Origin: Octopus bimaculoides
Taxonomy: Eukaryota
NCBI RefSeq assembly: GCF_001194135.2
Contig: NC_068985.1
Location: forward strand, 38,052,026 to 38,116,025
DNA length: 64,000 nt
Reading direction: 5' to 3'
The translations under genes and the position numbers were made by a program. Below are positions 27,112 through 40,422 of this stretch, in pieces (positions within the stretch are counted from its first letter, which is position 1; each line of letters opens with the position of its first letter). The notes below the pieces were generated by a model. The model ran no database searches, was not told the origin of the DNA, and saw nothing but the letters and a program-made list of their open reading frames with translations.

Positions 27112-30100
27112 AGCAGCAATGTTATCCCAGGTATAGAATCAATATTCTTTTGTGGGTTTGATCGAAATTTTTTGAGGATCTGTAACTTGTCAGAGCTGGA
27201 AGTAATTTTCTGCACCAGAGGAAGAAAGTTAATCTTTGGAATGCAGCCTTTCCTATATATGTATATATGTGGTTACACCGGGGTGTCTATCTGAGTTTAT
27301 GAATTTTTGTATATGTTTTTTACTTTAAATTTCTTAATTTCGGGTTGCCGAAGAATAATTAAGGGTGAAGTACAACAAACTACAATGAAGAGTTTTAAGT
27401 TACTATTGTGAAATCCTTTTAATTTCTTCTCAAGCAAAAGAAAAACTGAATCTTTCCTTCAGCTAGTTTGGCACAAACACCTGACTTAAAGAGGCATTTG
27501 TCGCATATGATAACCTAATGGCCATTGATAAATATAAAAAAATAAAGAACAAAAAAAGCAAATAGAAATAGAAACTATAAATAGTTTCACTTGTGCTGGT
27601 TCTTCGACGCAACAGCCAAGCTTCTGGGATATTAATAATAAGGTTGTTCCCATTACAAGGTAACATCTTCGAACTCAAAATATCACTAACACACACATCC
27701 GATCAATAAATGGTGTCACAAGAACAGAATCGGAAAGAATGGAGTTAAGTTGTCAAACACGTCCGTGAATGCAATGGTTGATGATCATAATGATAAAAGA
27801 GGAAGAGTTGTGACCGAGAAAGCGATGGCGGTGATTGGGGTGGTGGCAGTGGCTGTTATTATGATAATGATCATGATCATGATCATGACCATGGTGATCG
27901 TGTTAATAATATCATGGGAGAACAACATGATGAATATGATTATTACAATGTTCCTCATGATCATAGCGCCAAACACAAATTGTCCCACGATTTAAAAAAT
28001 AAGATAAAATACTGCTGGACTTGTGATAAGGTTATATAAACTATTTAAACAGTCGGGAAATTTTAAACACTAATGGCTGTCTCCAATCGAGAACTAATAA
28101 AATAAAAAAAAATCTAGCATTCAAATACCCATTTGTTGGCTTGACATCAACTTTATTGTACATTTTTTTTTTTTACTGTTTGTCTGGTTCTTTTCTTTTT
28201 CTTATTTGTTAAGGAAGTGGGTGGGGAAGCTGTCAAATATTTTAACTCTCTTAAATTCTGGACTGTGGAAATGTTTTGTTCGGTTTTGATTTCTTCTTTT
28301 GTTATTAAAAGTTGACGCTTAAATAAATCGCTAGCACGAAGCAAATTTCAGAGAAAAAATAATGTATACATTTGCAGTTGGGGAGTTAAAGAAAATTTTC
28401 TGTCATTGCGAGACTTGTAAATAATTGTCTGGCTTATCACAACGAAAAAACACATCTTTTTTTTTTTTGCAATCTCTTCAGAGTAAACTTATGAAATAAA
28501 AATGCTGTATGAATTTCTTAAAAGCTTGAAATTTTTTCTTAATAGTAGATAGGGTATGAGATGATAATCATTATATTTTTACGTCCGAGGCTCTACTTAT
28601 TAAGACCTGGTGGAGAAGAAAAGTGTTAGCAAAAGAGAATCCAAGCCTTGTTCTTCTAGAAGTGCTGGGAAATCTTGTTTCATTGATTTGTTTCAGTAAC
28701 GAAGACATTGGAGTTTCGAATGTTACATTGTGTGTTTCGTTGAAGATATGAAATTGCGCAGAGCACTTGAAAATTCTTTTCAAATTTGTTCAGTTCTTTT
28801 TCATCCGATCTAAGCTCTTATTAAAGGCGCCAGCTGGCATATTTTCAGAGACACGTAATTAAAGAAACAACACAGTAATATAGTCCCGTTCAGTAAGATA
28901 ATGCCCAATGCATTATAAAAGAAAAAGAGAGAGAAGCAGCGAAAACAAGCATAACAGACTTCCTTGACATGTCTTTAATAGGAAAGCAACGAAACACGTT
29001 TACCTGCTTCTCCTTTTCGTCTACTCTTAATTAAAATTCTTAACCAACGCAAAAATTACAGATAAGATTTAGATGAATAATCCATTTTAAGGAATTCTTC
29101 AAATCAAGGGTAAAAAGGAATGAAATATTTCAGAAGGAAAAAAAGTAAAATTGTTTAGAATCGAATTTAATTTCTTTGCTTCAATGCAGGAAAATATTTT
29201 TTGTTGGTGAAGGAGTTGTTTGCATCAGAAAAATGCGAATAAATAAATATATAAATATTTGGGGACAATGGAATATCAGAGGGAAGAGAATTAACACAGA
29301 AAGTCAGCAAAGCGGACAATTGCAGCAACTTGTGAAATAATTAATTCTCACTTAAATTTCGAAGTTTAACCTGGAAGTAGCAAAAGAAAGTAGAAAGTTA
29401 CACTGTCTTGTGCAAAATATTTGTGTGCGTGTGTGTTTCATAGTGGTGGGGTTTTAAATAACATCTTAAAATATTCGTTTGTGTGTGCGTGTATACATAC
29501 GTACACTCAGATAAATGATTATACATTAATACATCCAGCCTTACTCATATTTACAAGACAAATATATAAACATGCACATGTGTGTGTGCATCCGTGCCCG
29601 TGTATGTATGTGTGTGTGTAATACGGTTACTTTTTGCCATTTCTGTCAGTTCTCTTCCCAGGGTTTAGTGGAAAACATTATATATATATATATCACATTT
29701 AATCGAAAATAAGAAAGTTAATACGAAACAGAATCAAACTTGACTGGGTAACATTATATTCTACTGTAAAAAAACAGAAAAGATAAGCTGATACAACGCA
29801 ATATGGGTTTTAGATATAAAATGTGTATAGTGCTGGCGGTGCACTATATTCGAGATCTCATTGTATTTGTGTAAATACCGAAAATATATTGCCTCTGACT
29901 TAAAATTGCACAATTATTTTGAGTTTATTACAGCTATTGCTTAAGTTCAGTTTCTAGAAATCCAACCTTCTTTTGTTTGTTGTTATTTTGAATCAGCCCA
30001 GCTTTGAGTAAGCAGGCCTATGGTCAGTGGCATTCACCTCTGATTAACCCATCTATTTTTCAGGCATAGTGTGATATCCTGCTCTGCATTATCTAATGTA

Positions 30101-30384
30101 CTTGTTTTATTTTTTGAAGACGAGCTGCTATTTTAGCAGATCATTTAAAACATGTTAAAACTCAGAAGACGGCATCCTTCTGTACAGGGCACCAGTCTAC
30201 CTCAACCATCAAGATGTTGTGGAATGTAGACAGAAAAAGGCAAATTAATGTGACAAACGCTGCATATTCGAATTTAAAACACGTGAATGAATTTCATCTA
30301 TTGATATATTATATAAAAGAATATTTTGTATGTCTACATGTTTGTACGAACCTACAAAAACTCATTTTACTGTTTTCCTTACAG

Positions 30385-30548
30385 GATATTTAACACCGAC
30401 AAAAACGAGAGAATAAAAATAATGGAAGACGAGAGCCGTTTGAAATTGTCGCAAGTGACTGCGTCTGAAAATGGAGTCTACTCATGTCGTGCAGAAAATA
30501 TTGCAGGCGCCAGAGATTCGAAGAAGAAATTTTTATTGAATGTTGAAG
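30385..30548 (+). CDS. PTK7: Internal exon of PTK7/Off-track-like receptor (C-terminal half of Ig2)
   Basis: Acceptor ttccttacag|G, donor GAAG|gtaaaa; 164 nt, phase 2 to 1, in frame with the previous exon (AG+G=Arg). Translates IFNTDKNERIKIMEDESRLKLSQVTASENGVYSCRAENIAGARDSKKKFLLNVE, with the Ig F-strand motif G-x-Y-x-C and a G strand like PTK7 'SQNFTLSIA'. Confidence 0.82.
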
Positions 30549-30811
30549 GTAAAAGATCTTCACTGTTTTATTGTTTCGGAAATAATTTTTACTTCAATAG
30601 TTAATATAATTGAAAAGAAAATTCATACCGCATTTTGAACTGGTTCAAAGAAAGGTGTAAAATAAACAACATCAATTTACTAAAATGAATTTAATCTAAA
30701 TTCAATACTACTTCACTGGATACCTATGACTATGACAACATTCACTACGAGTTACACCAATGTATGACATTTTGCAATTACTGAGGTATATAGTGCCCCT
30801 TTACTAAAATA

Positions 30812-31215
30812 TTGGTTTCAAATTTTGGTGCAAGGTTAGAAATTTCGGGGAAGAGGCAAAGTCGATTAGATTAACGTCAGTGTTCAACTGGTACTTATTT
30901 TATTCACCACGAAAGGGTAAAAGGCGAAGTCGATCACGACGGAATTTGAACTCGGGACGTAAAGACGGGCGAAATGCTGCTAAGCATTTTGTCCGACGTG
31001 CTAACTATTTTCTACTCTAGGTACAAGGCCCGAAATTTTGGGGGAGGAGGCCAGTTGATTAGATTGACCCCAGTGCGCAATTGGTAATTAATTTATCGAT
31101 CCCGAAAGGATGAAAGGCGAAGTCGACCTCGGCGGAATTTAAACTCAGAACGTAAAGGCAGGCGAAATACCGCTAAGCATTTCGCCCGACGTACTAACTA
31201 TTCTGCCAGCTCGCA
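30812..31215 (-). mobile_element. Two tandem family A SINE copies on the minus strand
   Basis: Copies at about 30812-31010 and 31017-31215; both contain gaaaggcgaagtcga...cggaatttgaactc. Confidence 0.8.
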
Positions 31216-31242
31216 ACCCCACTTTACAAATATGCTGAAGAT

Positions 31243-31703
31243 GTTGGCACTCCGTCGCTTACGACGTCGAGGGTTCCAGTTGATCCGATCAACGGAACAG
31301 CCTGCTCGTGAAATTAACGTGCAAGTGGCTGAGCACTCCACAGACNNNNNNNNNNNNNNNNNNNNNNNNNNNNNNNNNNNNNNNNNNNNNNNNNNNNNNN
31401 NNNNNNNNNNNNNNNNNNNNNAGACACGTGTACTCTTAACGTAGTTCTCGGGGATATTCAGCGTGACACAGTGTGACAAGGCTGACCCTTTGAATTACAG
31501 GCACAACAGAAACAGGAAGTAAGAGTGAGAGAAAGTTGTGGTGAAAGAGTACAGCAGGGTTTGCCACCATCCCCTGCCGGAGCCACGTGGAGCTTTAGGT
31601 GTTTTCGCTCAATAAACACTCACAACGCCCGGTCTGGGAATCGAAACCGCGATCCCATGACCGCGAGTCCGCTGCCCTAACCACTAGGCCATTGCACCTC
31701 CAC
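31243..31703 (-). mobile_element. tRNA-headed SINE, family B, with target-site duplication
   Basis: Reverse complement of 34274-34656. Flanked by ATGCTGAAGAT (31232-42) and ATGTTGAAGAT (31704-14), an 11-bp TSD with 1 mismatch. The internal N run appears to be a near-zero gap. Confidence 0.85.
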
Positions 31704-31879
31704 ATGTTGAAGATACACAATATTAAACTCCATTGGAAGATTTGACAAACATTATTGACAATGAAAATAGAGTAGATTAGATGGTACTAACCGATTATAT
31801 GTTTTGCAGTATCTAGTAGTTAATTTTTTGGTCATTCGATTTTGTATGGTTTTTAGATTATTTTTTATTTTACTTTTAA

Positions 31880-32085
31880 GGCACAAGCTGGCAGAATCGT
31901 TAGCGTATTTGGCAAATTTGCTTAGCGGCATTCCTTCCAGGTCTTTACATACTAAGTTCAAATTCCGCCAGAGTTGATTTTGCCTCTACTCTTTTTTGGG
32001 TCGATAAAATACCAATTAAGTACTGGTGTCCACGTAGTCAACTAATCCTTTACCACCAAATTGCTAGCTTTCTATCAAAATTACT
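31880..32085 (+). mobile_element. Family A SINE, diverged
   Basis: aagctggcagaatcgttagc...gttcaaattccgcc...gggtcgataaaatacc. Confidence 0.7.
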
Positions 32086-32138
32086 TATTTTCCTTTACCT
32101 TTTATTCCCGAATTCCAAAATTACACACGCAAACGCAC

Positions 32139-32173
<35 letters not shown>

Positions 32174-32183
32174 NNNNNNNNNN

Positions 32184-32228
<45 letters not shown>

Positions 32229-33659
32229 TGTGTGTGTGCGTGTTTAAAATTGGTATCTTAACACAGTGCATGATTATCATAAAGCTTAATGCTACCAGCA
32301 TACAGATACTAACATCATTAATTGAAACATTATTGATTGTCCACTTCAACGATATGCGAAACACTGACCATTGCAATGGAATATGGCTGTCGTATTAGAA
32401 TAACTCAAGGGCAGGTATAATTAAGTTAACTATACCTCTGCCCTATGAATAACAGACCATGTGTTTAAGAAGGAAATCATATTAAGATGACTCACCTTCA
32501 GTTCCATGCTGTCTTTAACTGACTTGAGTCAGGGAAACGTTAGTAATCTGACGAAAAAAGTTTTCTTCACTAACTGTTTCCAGATTTTAGCCTAGCATTG
32601 TGCTGCTTCGCCAATTTGCCACTTTCACCCTGGCCGTCCACCTACCGTTTTACATTCAATCTCCATTCGCACATTCTCGATGCATTCTCTAATCTTTGTC
32701 TCAGGAGCCTGTCTCTGTGTTCACATCCTTCATCAAAACTTACATAAAGTCCTGCATTCAACCGAATTAATTACCATGGTTTCATGCTGTGTATTTAAGC
32801 ATCAGAGTTTTAGTTTTTTTCATCCATATCTCTGTATGTTATCCATGTTATGGGCAACATCATCCTCGTGTAAAAAAAATTGATTAAACAATGACGACAA
32901 AAATTCTGTGATGTAGAAAATATGTTTATACTCAGTGTATCGGTTTCCCAAAGCCAACATTTTCATAATTCAAAAAAAAAAAAGAAAAAAAAAAGAATAA
33001 TTACAGAATCTAGTGCGATAAGCTATTTAGGAAGTCGTGAAGTTTGTTTGCCTTTGATAAACTATATGCCTATATACTAAGCTATATTTTTCAGTACAGC
33101 CGAAACTAATACATACTTGACTCTTTGTATATCTTACTATGATATAACCTAAAGTTATAATGCATACATGCATTTACACACATACAAACGCATACACACG
33201 CTCACAGACATTTATATGTGTGTGTGTGTAGGTAGACGGATGCACATTTGTCCATCTTGTCGTTCATACTTTCTAACCAATCAGATTTCAGAGGAAAACC
33301 CTATCAGGCATTCAATCGATGATTGAGTTTCCCCCAGCTTCTTACGGCAATGCAGCCTACCAAAGGGATTTCCTTCTTTCTTCAAAAGACCAATTAGAAT
33401 CTATTCTGTTTGCTTGAGTGCTTTTCAATTACGTTCCTCAAACAAACCCAACACACTCACCGTCGTTAACATTAATGTCATTTCGACATTGCGTGTGTAT
33501 ATGCGTAGAGGGTGGGGTGTGTATACATATATATTTGTGTGTGTGTGTGTGTAATGTGCGTTTGTGTGCTTCGATCTAGTGCTTTGATACGTCTTGTCGC
33601 TTCATTCGTGTACTTCTAATTTTTTGACTGGAGTAATAAAGATTTTCTTCATAAACTAT

Positions 33660-33845
33660 ATTCATATACATACACATACACGCGTGTAAACTTTTACCAT
33701 GCATATATACATACAGACAGACAAATATACATACACATACACGCATGTAAATTTTCATATATAGAAATATAGAAATATACAAATACATACACATACACGC
33801 ATGTAAACTTTTACCATACTTATATACATACAGACAGACAAAGAG
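33660..33845. repeat. Degenerate minisatellite, three units of about 60 bp
   Basis: catacacatacacgcRtgtaaa recurs at about 33668, 33730 and 33786. Confidence 0.7.
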
Positions 33846-33924
33846 AGATGAAGATATATACGTAAATATACATATATAGATGAGTATATATGTACATATT
33901 TATCTATCTCTCCCTCTAGCTTTT

Positions 33925-33971
<47 letters not shown>

Positions 33972-34273
33972 ATACATACATACGCGAATATATGAATATA
34001 TATGCGAATGTAAATGAATATACGCATATATACATGCGTATGTAAATGAATGTATGCATGTGAGCAATTATCTGCATCGGTTTCAGCTTCAAGGTGTATT
34101 TCAATTAAATCTAGAATAAATAAGTACTGTACCTTTACAGAAACATTTGGACATACCATAGCTTACACCAACACATACATGTAGGAAATACGTACATATA
34201 AGCAGATTAAAAGTTTCAGAGAGAGAGAGAGAGAGAGAGAGAGTTTAAATGCATTATATGTACTTTGACAAGT

Positions 34274-34677
34274 GGAGGCGCAAATGGCCTGGCCCAGTGG
34301 CTAGGGCAGCGGACTCGCGGTCATAGGATCGCGGTTTCGATTCCCAGACCGGGCGTTGTGAGTGTTTATTGAGCGAAAACACCCAAAGCTCCACGATGCT
34401 CCGGCAGGGGATGGTGATGAACCCTGCTGTACTCTTTCACCACAACTTTCTCTCACTCTTACTCCCTGTTTCTGTTGTGTCTGTAATTCAAAGGGTCAGA
34501 CTTGTCACACGGTGTCACGCTGAATGTCCCCGAGAACTACGCTAAGGGTACATGTGTCTGTGGAGTGCTCAGCCACTTGCACGTTAATTTCACGAGCAGG
34601 CTGTTCCGTTGATCGGATCAACTGGAACCCTCGACGTCGTAAGCGACGGAGTGCCAAGCACCACCACCACCACCACC
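34274..34677 (+). mobile_element. tRNA-headed SINE, family B
   Basis: Head ggaggcgca..ggcccagtggctagggcagcggactcgcgg...ggtttcgattccc; 3' stem-loop cgtcg-taag-cgacg; (CAC)n tail. Confidence 0.85.
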
Positions 34678-35138
34678 CTTCTCCTTATAAACATTTTACT
34701 AAAGTCAATAGTACCTATTAAAATATACAGGTACAAACACAACACAACACACGCGCACACAGGCATGTGCGCACGCTTACACATTTACGTCTGAAGTAGA
34801 ACTGCTGTTGGCAGATTAAACTATTAACGTGATTTGTGATACGGGAGTTAATTTACTTTGAAAGTAACGTAAGACATTTTAACGTCGAATAAAGGAATCC
34901 GTCTGAAGATTTACAACTGACTAAAAGCAAAACAGTTAAAAAAACAAATTTAGTTTCATAGAAAATCATTAACATCAGCGCATTCAGATTTATTCTAGTA
35001 ATGGTATATTTTTCATGCAAAACACATGACGGAAAGTTTTGTATGCAGAAGCTATTTACTTGTCCACAAGAAAATTGTATACAACTGCGTCCTCGAGGTA
35101 TGTTTGTTCATCTGTATGGATGTCTGGTTGCAAGTTCT

Positions 35139-35200
<62 letters not shown>

Positions 35201-37109
35201 NNNNNNNNNNNNNNNNNNNNNNNNNNNNNNNNNNNNNNNNNNNNNNNNNNNNNNNNNNNNNNNNNNNNNNNNNNNNNNNNNNNNNNNNNNNNNNNNNNNN
35301 NNNNNNNNNNNNNNNNNNNNNNNNNNNNNNNNNNNNNNNNNNNNNNNNNNNNNNNNNNNNNNNNNNNNNNNNNNNNNNNNNNNNNNNNNNNNNNNNNNNN
35401 NNNNNNNNNNNNNNNNNNNNNNNNNNNNNNNNNNNNNNNNNNNNNNNNNNNNNNNNNNNNNNNNNNNNNNNNNNNNNNNNNNNNNNNNNNNNNNNNNNNN
35501 NNNNNNNNNNNNNNNNNNNNNNNNNNNNNNNNNNNNNNNNNNNNNNNNNNNNNNNNNNNNNNNNNNNNNNNNNNNNNNNNNNNNNNNNNNNNNNNNNNNN
35601 NNNNNNNNNNNNNNNNNNNNNNNNNNNNNNNNNNNNNNNNNNNNNNNNNNNNNNNNNNNNNNNNGAAAGTCACGTTACGTGTCGAATGGTATACATCAAG
35701 TCTTGATGGATGCACATGGGTCTCTCTCCCGAACCTTTGACTTCTGACAATTTTATTGTAATTCTTCAATGAAACGAAAGTTCTTTGATACATAAAACTG
35801 ATTACTTACACACGACCTTCAATAACATCTATCTACAATACAATGTGGGAAAAAGTTTTATTTAATAGATATATGAATTGTGCAAAAGCAAAACAATAAG
35901 TCTTCTACTGGACTGAGTATTAGATTAGCCGCATGTAAACCATTAAATAAAACATTCAAAAGAAGGAAGAAATTATTTTAAATTTATGAAAAGCAAAACC
36001 TAATCGAATGAAAAACTTATTCTGATCATAGAATCGTTTATTCCCAACAGATATTTTGTAATCGATAGTTCGATAGACAATAAATATATTTATTTTAAAA
36101 TAAAAGAACTTGATATGAAAATACAGTTTCTTTTTCTTTTCATGAAAGAGTTTAAAATAAAGAACGAGGTCATTAATGTTCGAGCTTTCTGATTCCTCTT
36201 TTAATACTATTTTGAAATAAAATGAAAGATAAGGAAGCTGACATCGCAGAAATTTAGAAAAGACCTTTACATTTTGGGCGAAAAAGCTTGTCTTCAGAAG
36301 AATACAGCCAAAGAAATTTGCATTTACATAAATTCTACATATTTCTTTGTCTGAATTCTTCTGAAAATAGGCCTTTATTTCCTAAATTTAAAGGTTCTTT
36401 TTAGAAAACATTCTGCATTGTTAGAAGCTTTCTTGTTTATCATTTCATTTATTATTCTACTTCTGTACCACAATGCTTCAAGCGAATTACAACGCTCTTC
36501 ATCCTATTTTTAAATATCGTGATATTGATTTTAAACATTAGCACAGGGCTGCATATATTCCTTGAGAATTTTGTTGAGAGTTTCATTGGGTCTTTATTTC
36601 TATCGACCCCCCCAAAAGATGAAACTCAAACCTGCCCAAGGCAAGATTTTGAACACAGTAGTAACTAAATGTCGCAGGCCAATATGTCCAATACTCTTAT
36701 GACTCTACTCTAAGAAATAACGCCATACTGAATTCTAGCATTTGCACAAATCCTCGGATTTTGGGGGAGTGCCTAATCAGTCTAATAAGTCACAATACGT
36801 CACTGATATATATGTTTACCAATCCCAAAATGATGGAAAGAATATTCGACCGTACAAGAAATTTTATCCGGAAATCTAATAATTCTATCATTCACCACAT
36901 GAAACAAATGTGACATGTCGTGGGCAAATCTACATCAAATCTCACCTCGCTATCATAAAAATAAAGAGGATAATATAGTCTTAAACGTAAACGCAAATAG
37001 AATGACCACAAGTTGGTATATCTTTGCTCATAGGTCTGCTAGAGCAGAGCTGACCTGGAACGAAATACCAATAAAACTATGCCTGAAACACTGAGATCTG
37101 CATTAAATA

Positions 37110-38276
37110 TTAGGTCGTCAAGTATGAAATTTGTAGTGAGGTATATGGTAAACTTGACAGCTGTTCATTTTGCGCCATTATTATATCTTGACAATCTTTA
37201 TTTTTGTGTTAGAAAGCTGACATATCTATTTCTTTATCCTAACCCATTTTGCGCTTTATGAAGTATTTATAAATCTTTTTTTGCTATTTATGCTTAGAGA
37301 TAGATATGTCGGAAATTCGTACAGTTTTGGAATATGAGTTCTTTCTTGGAAATACAGCATCACAGTCTGCTCGGAATATTAATGGAGTATTTCATTTTAA
37401 CGTTATTACACAACAGACAGTCTGAAATTGGTTTGCAAAATTTCGTTTTGGTAACTTTGACCTCACAAATGAGCAACGCGGTCAACCAGAAACAAAGGTG
37501 GATAAAGACGTACTGAAAACTACCGTCGAGTCAGATCTATCTTAAACTGCCCGTGAATTATCGTTGTTGTTAGGTGTTAGCAAGCAAACAATATTGACTC
37601 ATCTAGTTCAAATCGGTAAGGGGGAAAAAGTTGGATAAGTGGGTTCCACAAGAACTCAATGAAAATCAGAGACTGCAACGTCTGGCGGCCTGCATTATGC
37701 TACTTTCTCGTCACAAAACTGAATAATTTTTGAATCGAATTGTAACATGTGATGAAAAGTGGGTCCAATACAACAACCGTAAACGTTCAGCACAATTGTT
37801 GGACAAAGACGAGCCACCAAAACACGAAGTATACTGCAACCAACTGGACCAAATGATGCTGAAACTTACAAAAAAAACCCAGCCTAGATTAGTCAACAGA
37901 AACGCTCCTATTTTATTGCAAGACAACGCCAGATCATACATCGCAAAAATGATATTGGCGAAACTACAAGAGTTGGAGTTGGAAGTTCTCCATTATCCAC
38001 CATCTTACTGATCTTGCTCCCACTGACTACCACTTCTTCCAGGATTTGGATAACATTTTAAGAGGAAAAAAAATTTAATTCCGAGCCTGCCAAGATTTTA
38101 TTGACTCTAGATTGCTAGGCTTTTACAGTTCCGGGCTGGACAAACTACCGCTGAAATGGCAACAGTGTACTGACAATATGTGTGCATACTCTGATGAATA
38201 TAACTATTCCTTGTATTTATAAAACATTAGCAAACTTTTTTTTTCTTTTCTACAAATTTCATACTTGACGACGTAA
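37110..38276 (+). mobile_element. Mariner (Tc1/mariner, D,D,D-type) DNA transposon, non-functional
   Basis: 27-bp TIRs TTAGGTCGTCAAGTATGAAATTTGTAG (37110-37136) and reverse complement (38250-38276) with 1 mismatch; TA duplications at 37108-09 and 38277-78. Decayed transposase about 37306-38203: EIRTVLEYEF, WFAKFRFGNFDL, RIVTCDEKW, LLQDNAR, DLAPTDYHFF, KWQQC...AYSDE*. Confidence 0.93.
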
Positions 38277-38923
38277 TATATTCAGAAGGTATATATAGCA
38301 ATTACTGCTGATTTCTTTATTGGCAAGATGTGCAGTTTTTATAAACTATCAAATATAAACGATCAAATCGTCTCTGGGATTCCTAAGATATGAAATAGCT
38401 AAGTTAACGCCTTTGAATGTACTGAAACAAAGGTAAAAATTATACTGGTGTTTGCCAATATACCATTTTCAGTATTCTAGTTTAAAAATGCTTGGATGTC
38501 CAAACCACAAGAAAGCGTAATTAATTACATATGTTATTCGTAGCGAAATTTCTCGATCGAAGCAATAACAGTGGCAACGTTGAGCTAGACAGTTCTTAAA
38601 CTTATTTCAGAGAGGTTCTCGATTACTGACTAACATTTAACCAAGTAATGTATTGTCTCGATCAATTTCACTGCTCTAAGTAAAGACCATCAACATTGAT
38701 TCCAGACACAATGTCTTGAATATGTTAGCAGCGGTGGGGGGTAAAGTTGTGTTACACTCATATCTTGAGAATATCAGAAGCTGCTCAATATTAGAAACGG
38801 AATGGCCTTGACTGGTTTTTCGAGACAAGATCAAAATTTTGTCTAGCTGGTAGATTATTGTTTAACTTAACGTTGGTTATAATGAGTTGATTTACTATTC
38901 ACACACAGACGACACAGACACAC

Positions 38924-38959
<36 letters not shown>

Positions 38960-39243
38960 ACACCCTCACACACACAGACACACANNNNNNNNNNNNNNNN
39001 NNNNNNNNNNNNNNNNNNNNNNNNNNNNNNNNNNNNNNNNNNNNNNNNNNNNNNNNNNNNNNNNNNNNNNNNNNNNNNNNNNNNNNNNNNNNNNNNNNNN
39101 NNNNNNNNNNNNNNNNNNNNNNNNNNNNNNNNNNNNNNNNNNNNNNNNNNNNNNNNNNNNNNNNNNNNNNNNNNNNNNNNNNNNNNNNNNNNNNNNNNNN
39201 NNNNNNNNNNNNNNNNNNNNNNNNNNNNNNNNNNNNNNNNNNN

Positions 39244-39302
<59 letters not shown>

Positions 39303-39440
39303 GTTTGCTTGTCTGTGACTGCTAGTTTGTTTCTACTTTTACAAATATCTGGTATGTGGTTTGAGCAAGTATGTGTTTGTTTGCCGCATGTGAATTTGTT
39401 TTGAATGAAAGTAGTTGATTTGTATGAATCAGTGTTTGGT

Positions 39441-40130
39441 TGTCATGGATATTTACTGTTTATTTCAGTCTGTGTACTTTGAATGAGCCTCGGTGTTTGT
39501 GTGTGTGTGAAATTTGTGTGAATGGTTATATGCTATTTGTCAGTTGTGACGTAACGAAAACGCCATTGAATCTTGTATCTGTCAGATGCTGTATAAAACC
39601 AAGGAAAAGACTGATCAACGAAGCGTGAAATGAACGACTGGCATCTTGCAAAAGCAGCAGTAGCAGCAGTAGCAGCAGCAATGGCAGAATAAAGATATTT
39701 GCAGTGCCATTCGCAGCAGAGTTTCGTCGTGTCGATTTTGGGAGGTGATGTTGTTGAGCGACAATTCACGTTCGGTGGGGCGGTGTTGTCAGTTGCAATG
39801 CCGGCTTCACTGCTGGTAGAGAATACACAGCAGTAGTTACGAGTTGAATGAAGCATGTAGCTCATTTCATCTGCACTAATATTGAGTCACTGAAGCGTGA
39901 AGTACTCTAGTGTTGAATGCATGTGATTATAGTAATCATATTGATTTGCTTCTACAGTTTCTTTCGCCTGTTTGGTGACCAAATGGATTTCAATTGTTGT
40001 CGCTTTTGCTCCCCGCGCTGTTGGTCCAGACCACTGTCTGCCTCTTTTGTTCCTGTTAATACGTACCTGTAAATAAATTTATCAGTCAATCCCTTTAGCC
40101 ATCTTTTAGTCAGGTTAAATATCCGTAATA
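39441..40130 (+). mobile_element. Probable solo LTR (Gypsy-like, 4-bp TSD)
   Basis: Begins TGTCATGGATATTTA and ends TAAATATCCGTAATA (imperfect terminal inverted repeat, 12/15, differences are transitions). Flanks TGGT/TGGA (3/4 match). Contains TATAAAA near 39594 and AATAAA motifs; no coding remnant recognised. Confidence 0.6.
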
Positions 40131-40372
40131 TGGAAGCGCGTGTGCATGTGTGTGTGTATGTGTATTTGGACGGGTGACTAACACGTGTGTCGTTCTATGG
40201 GCTCACGTGTGTATGTGTGCGTGTGTATTTGTGGTCTGTATGTATGTGTTTGTTTTCACATAGCTATCTATATACGTAACTTTTCGTTTCGCTACATACA
40301 CGTTTTGCTGGCACACACATCCACCCACCAAGTCACGAACGATATAATGGATGTAATGTCATATACACTTGT

Positions 40373-40422
<50 letters not shown>

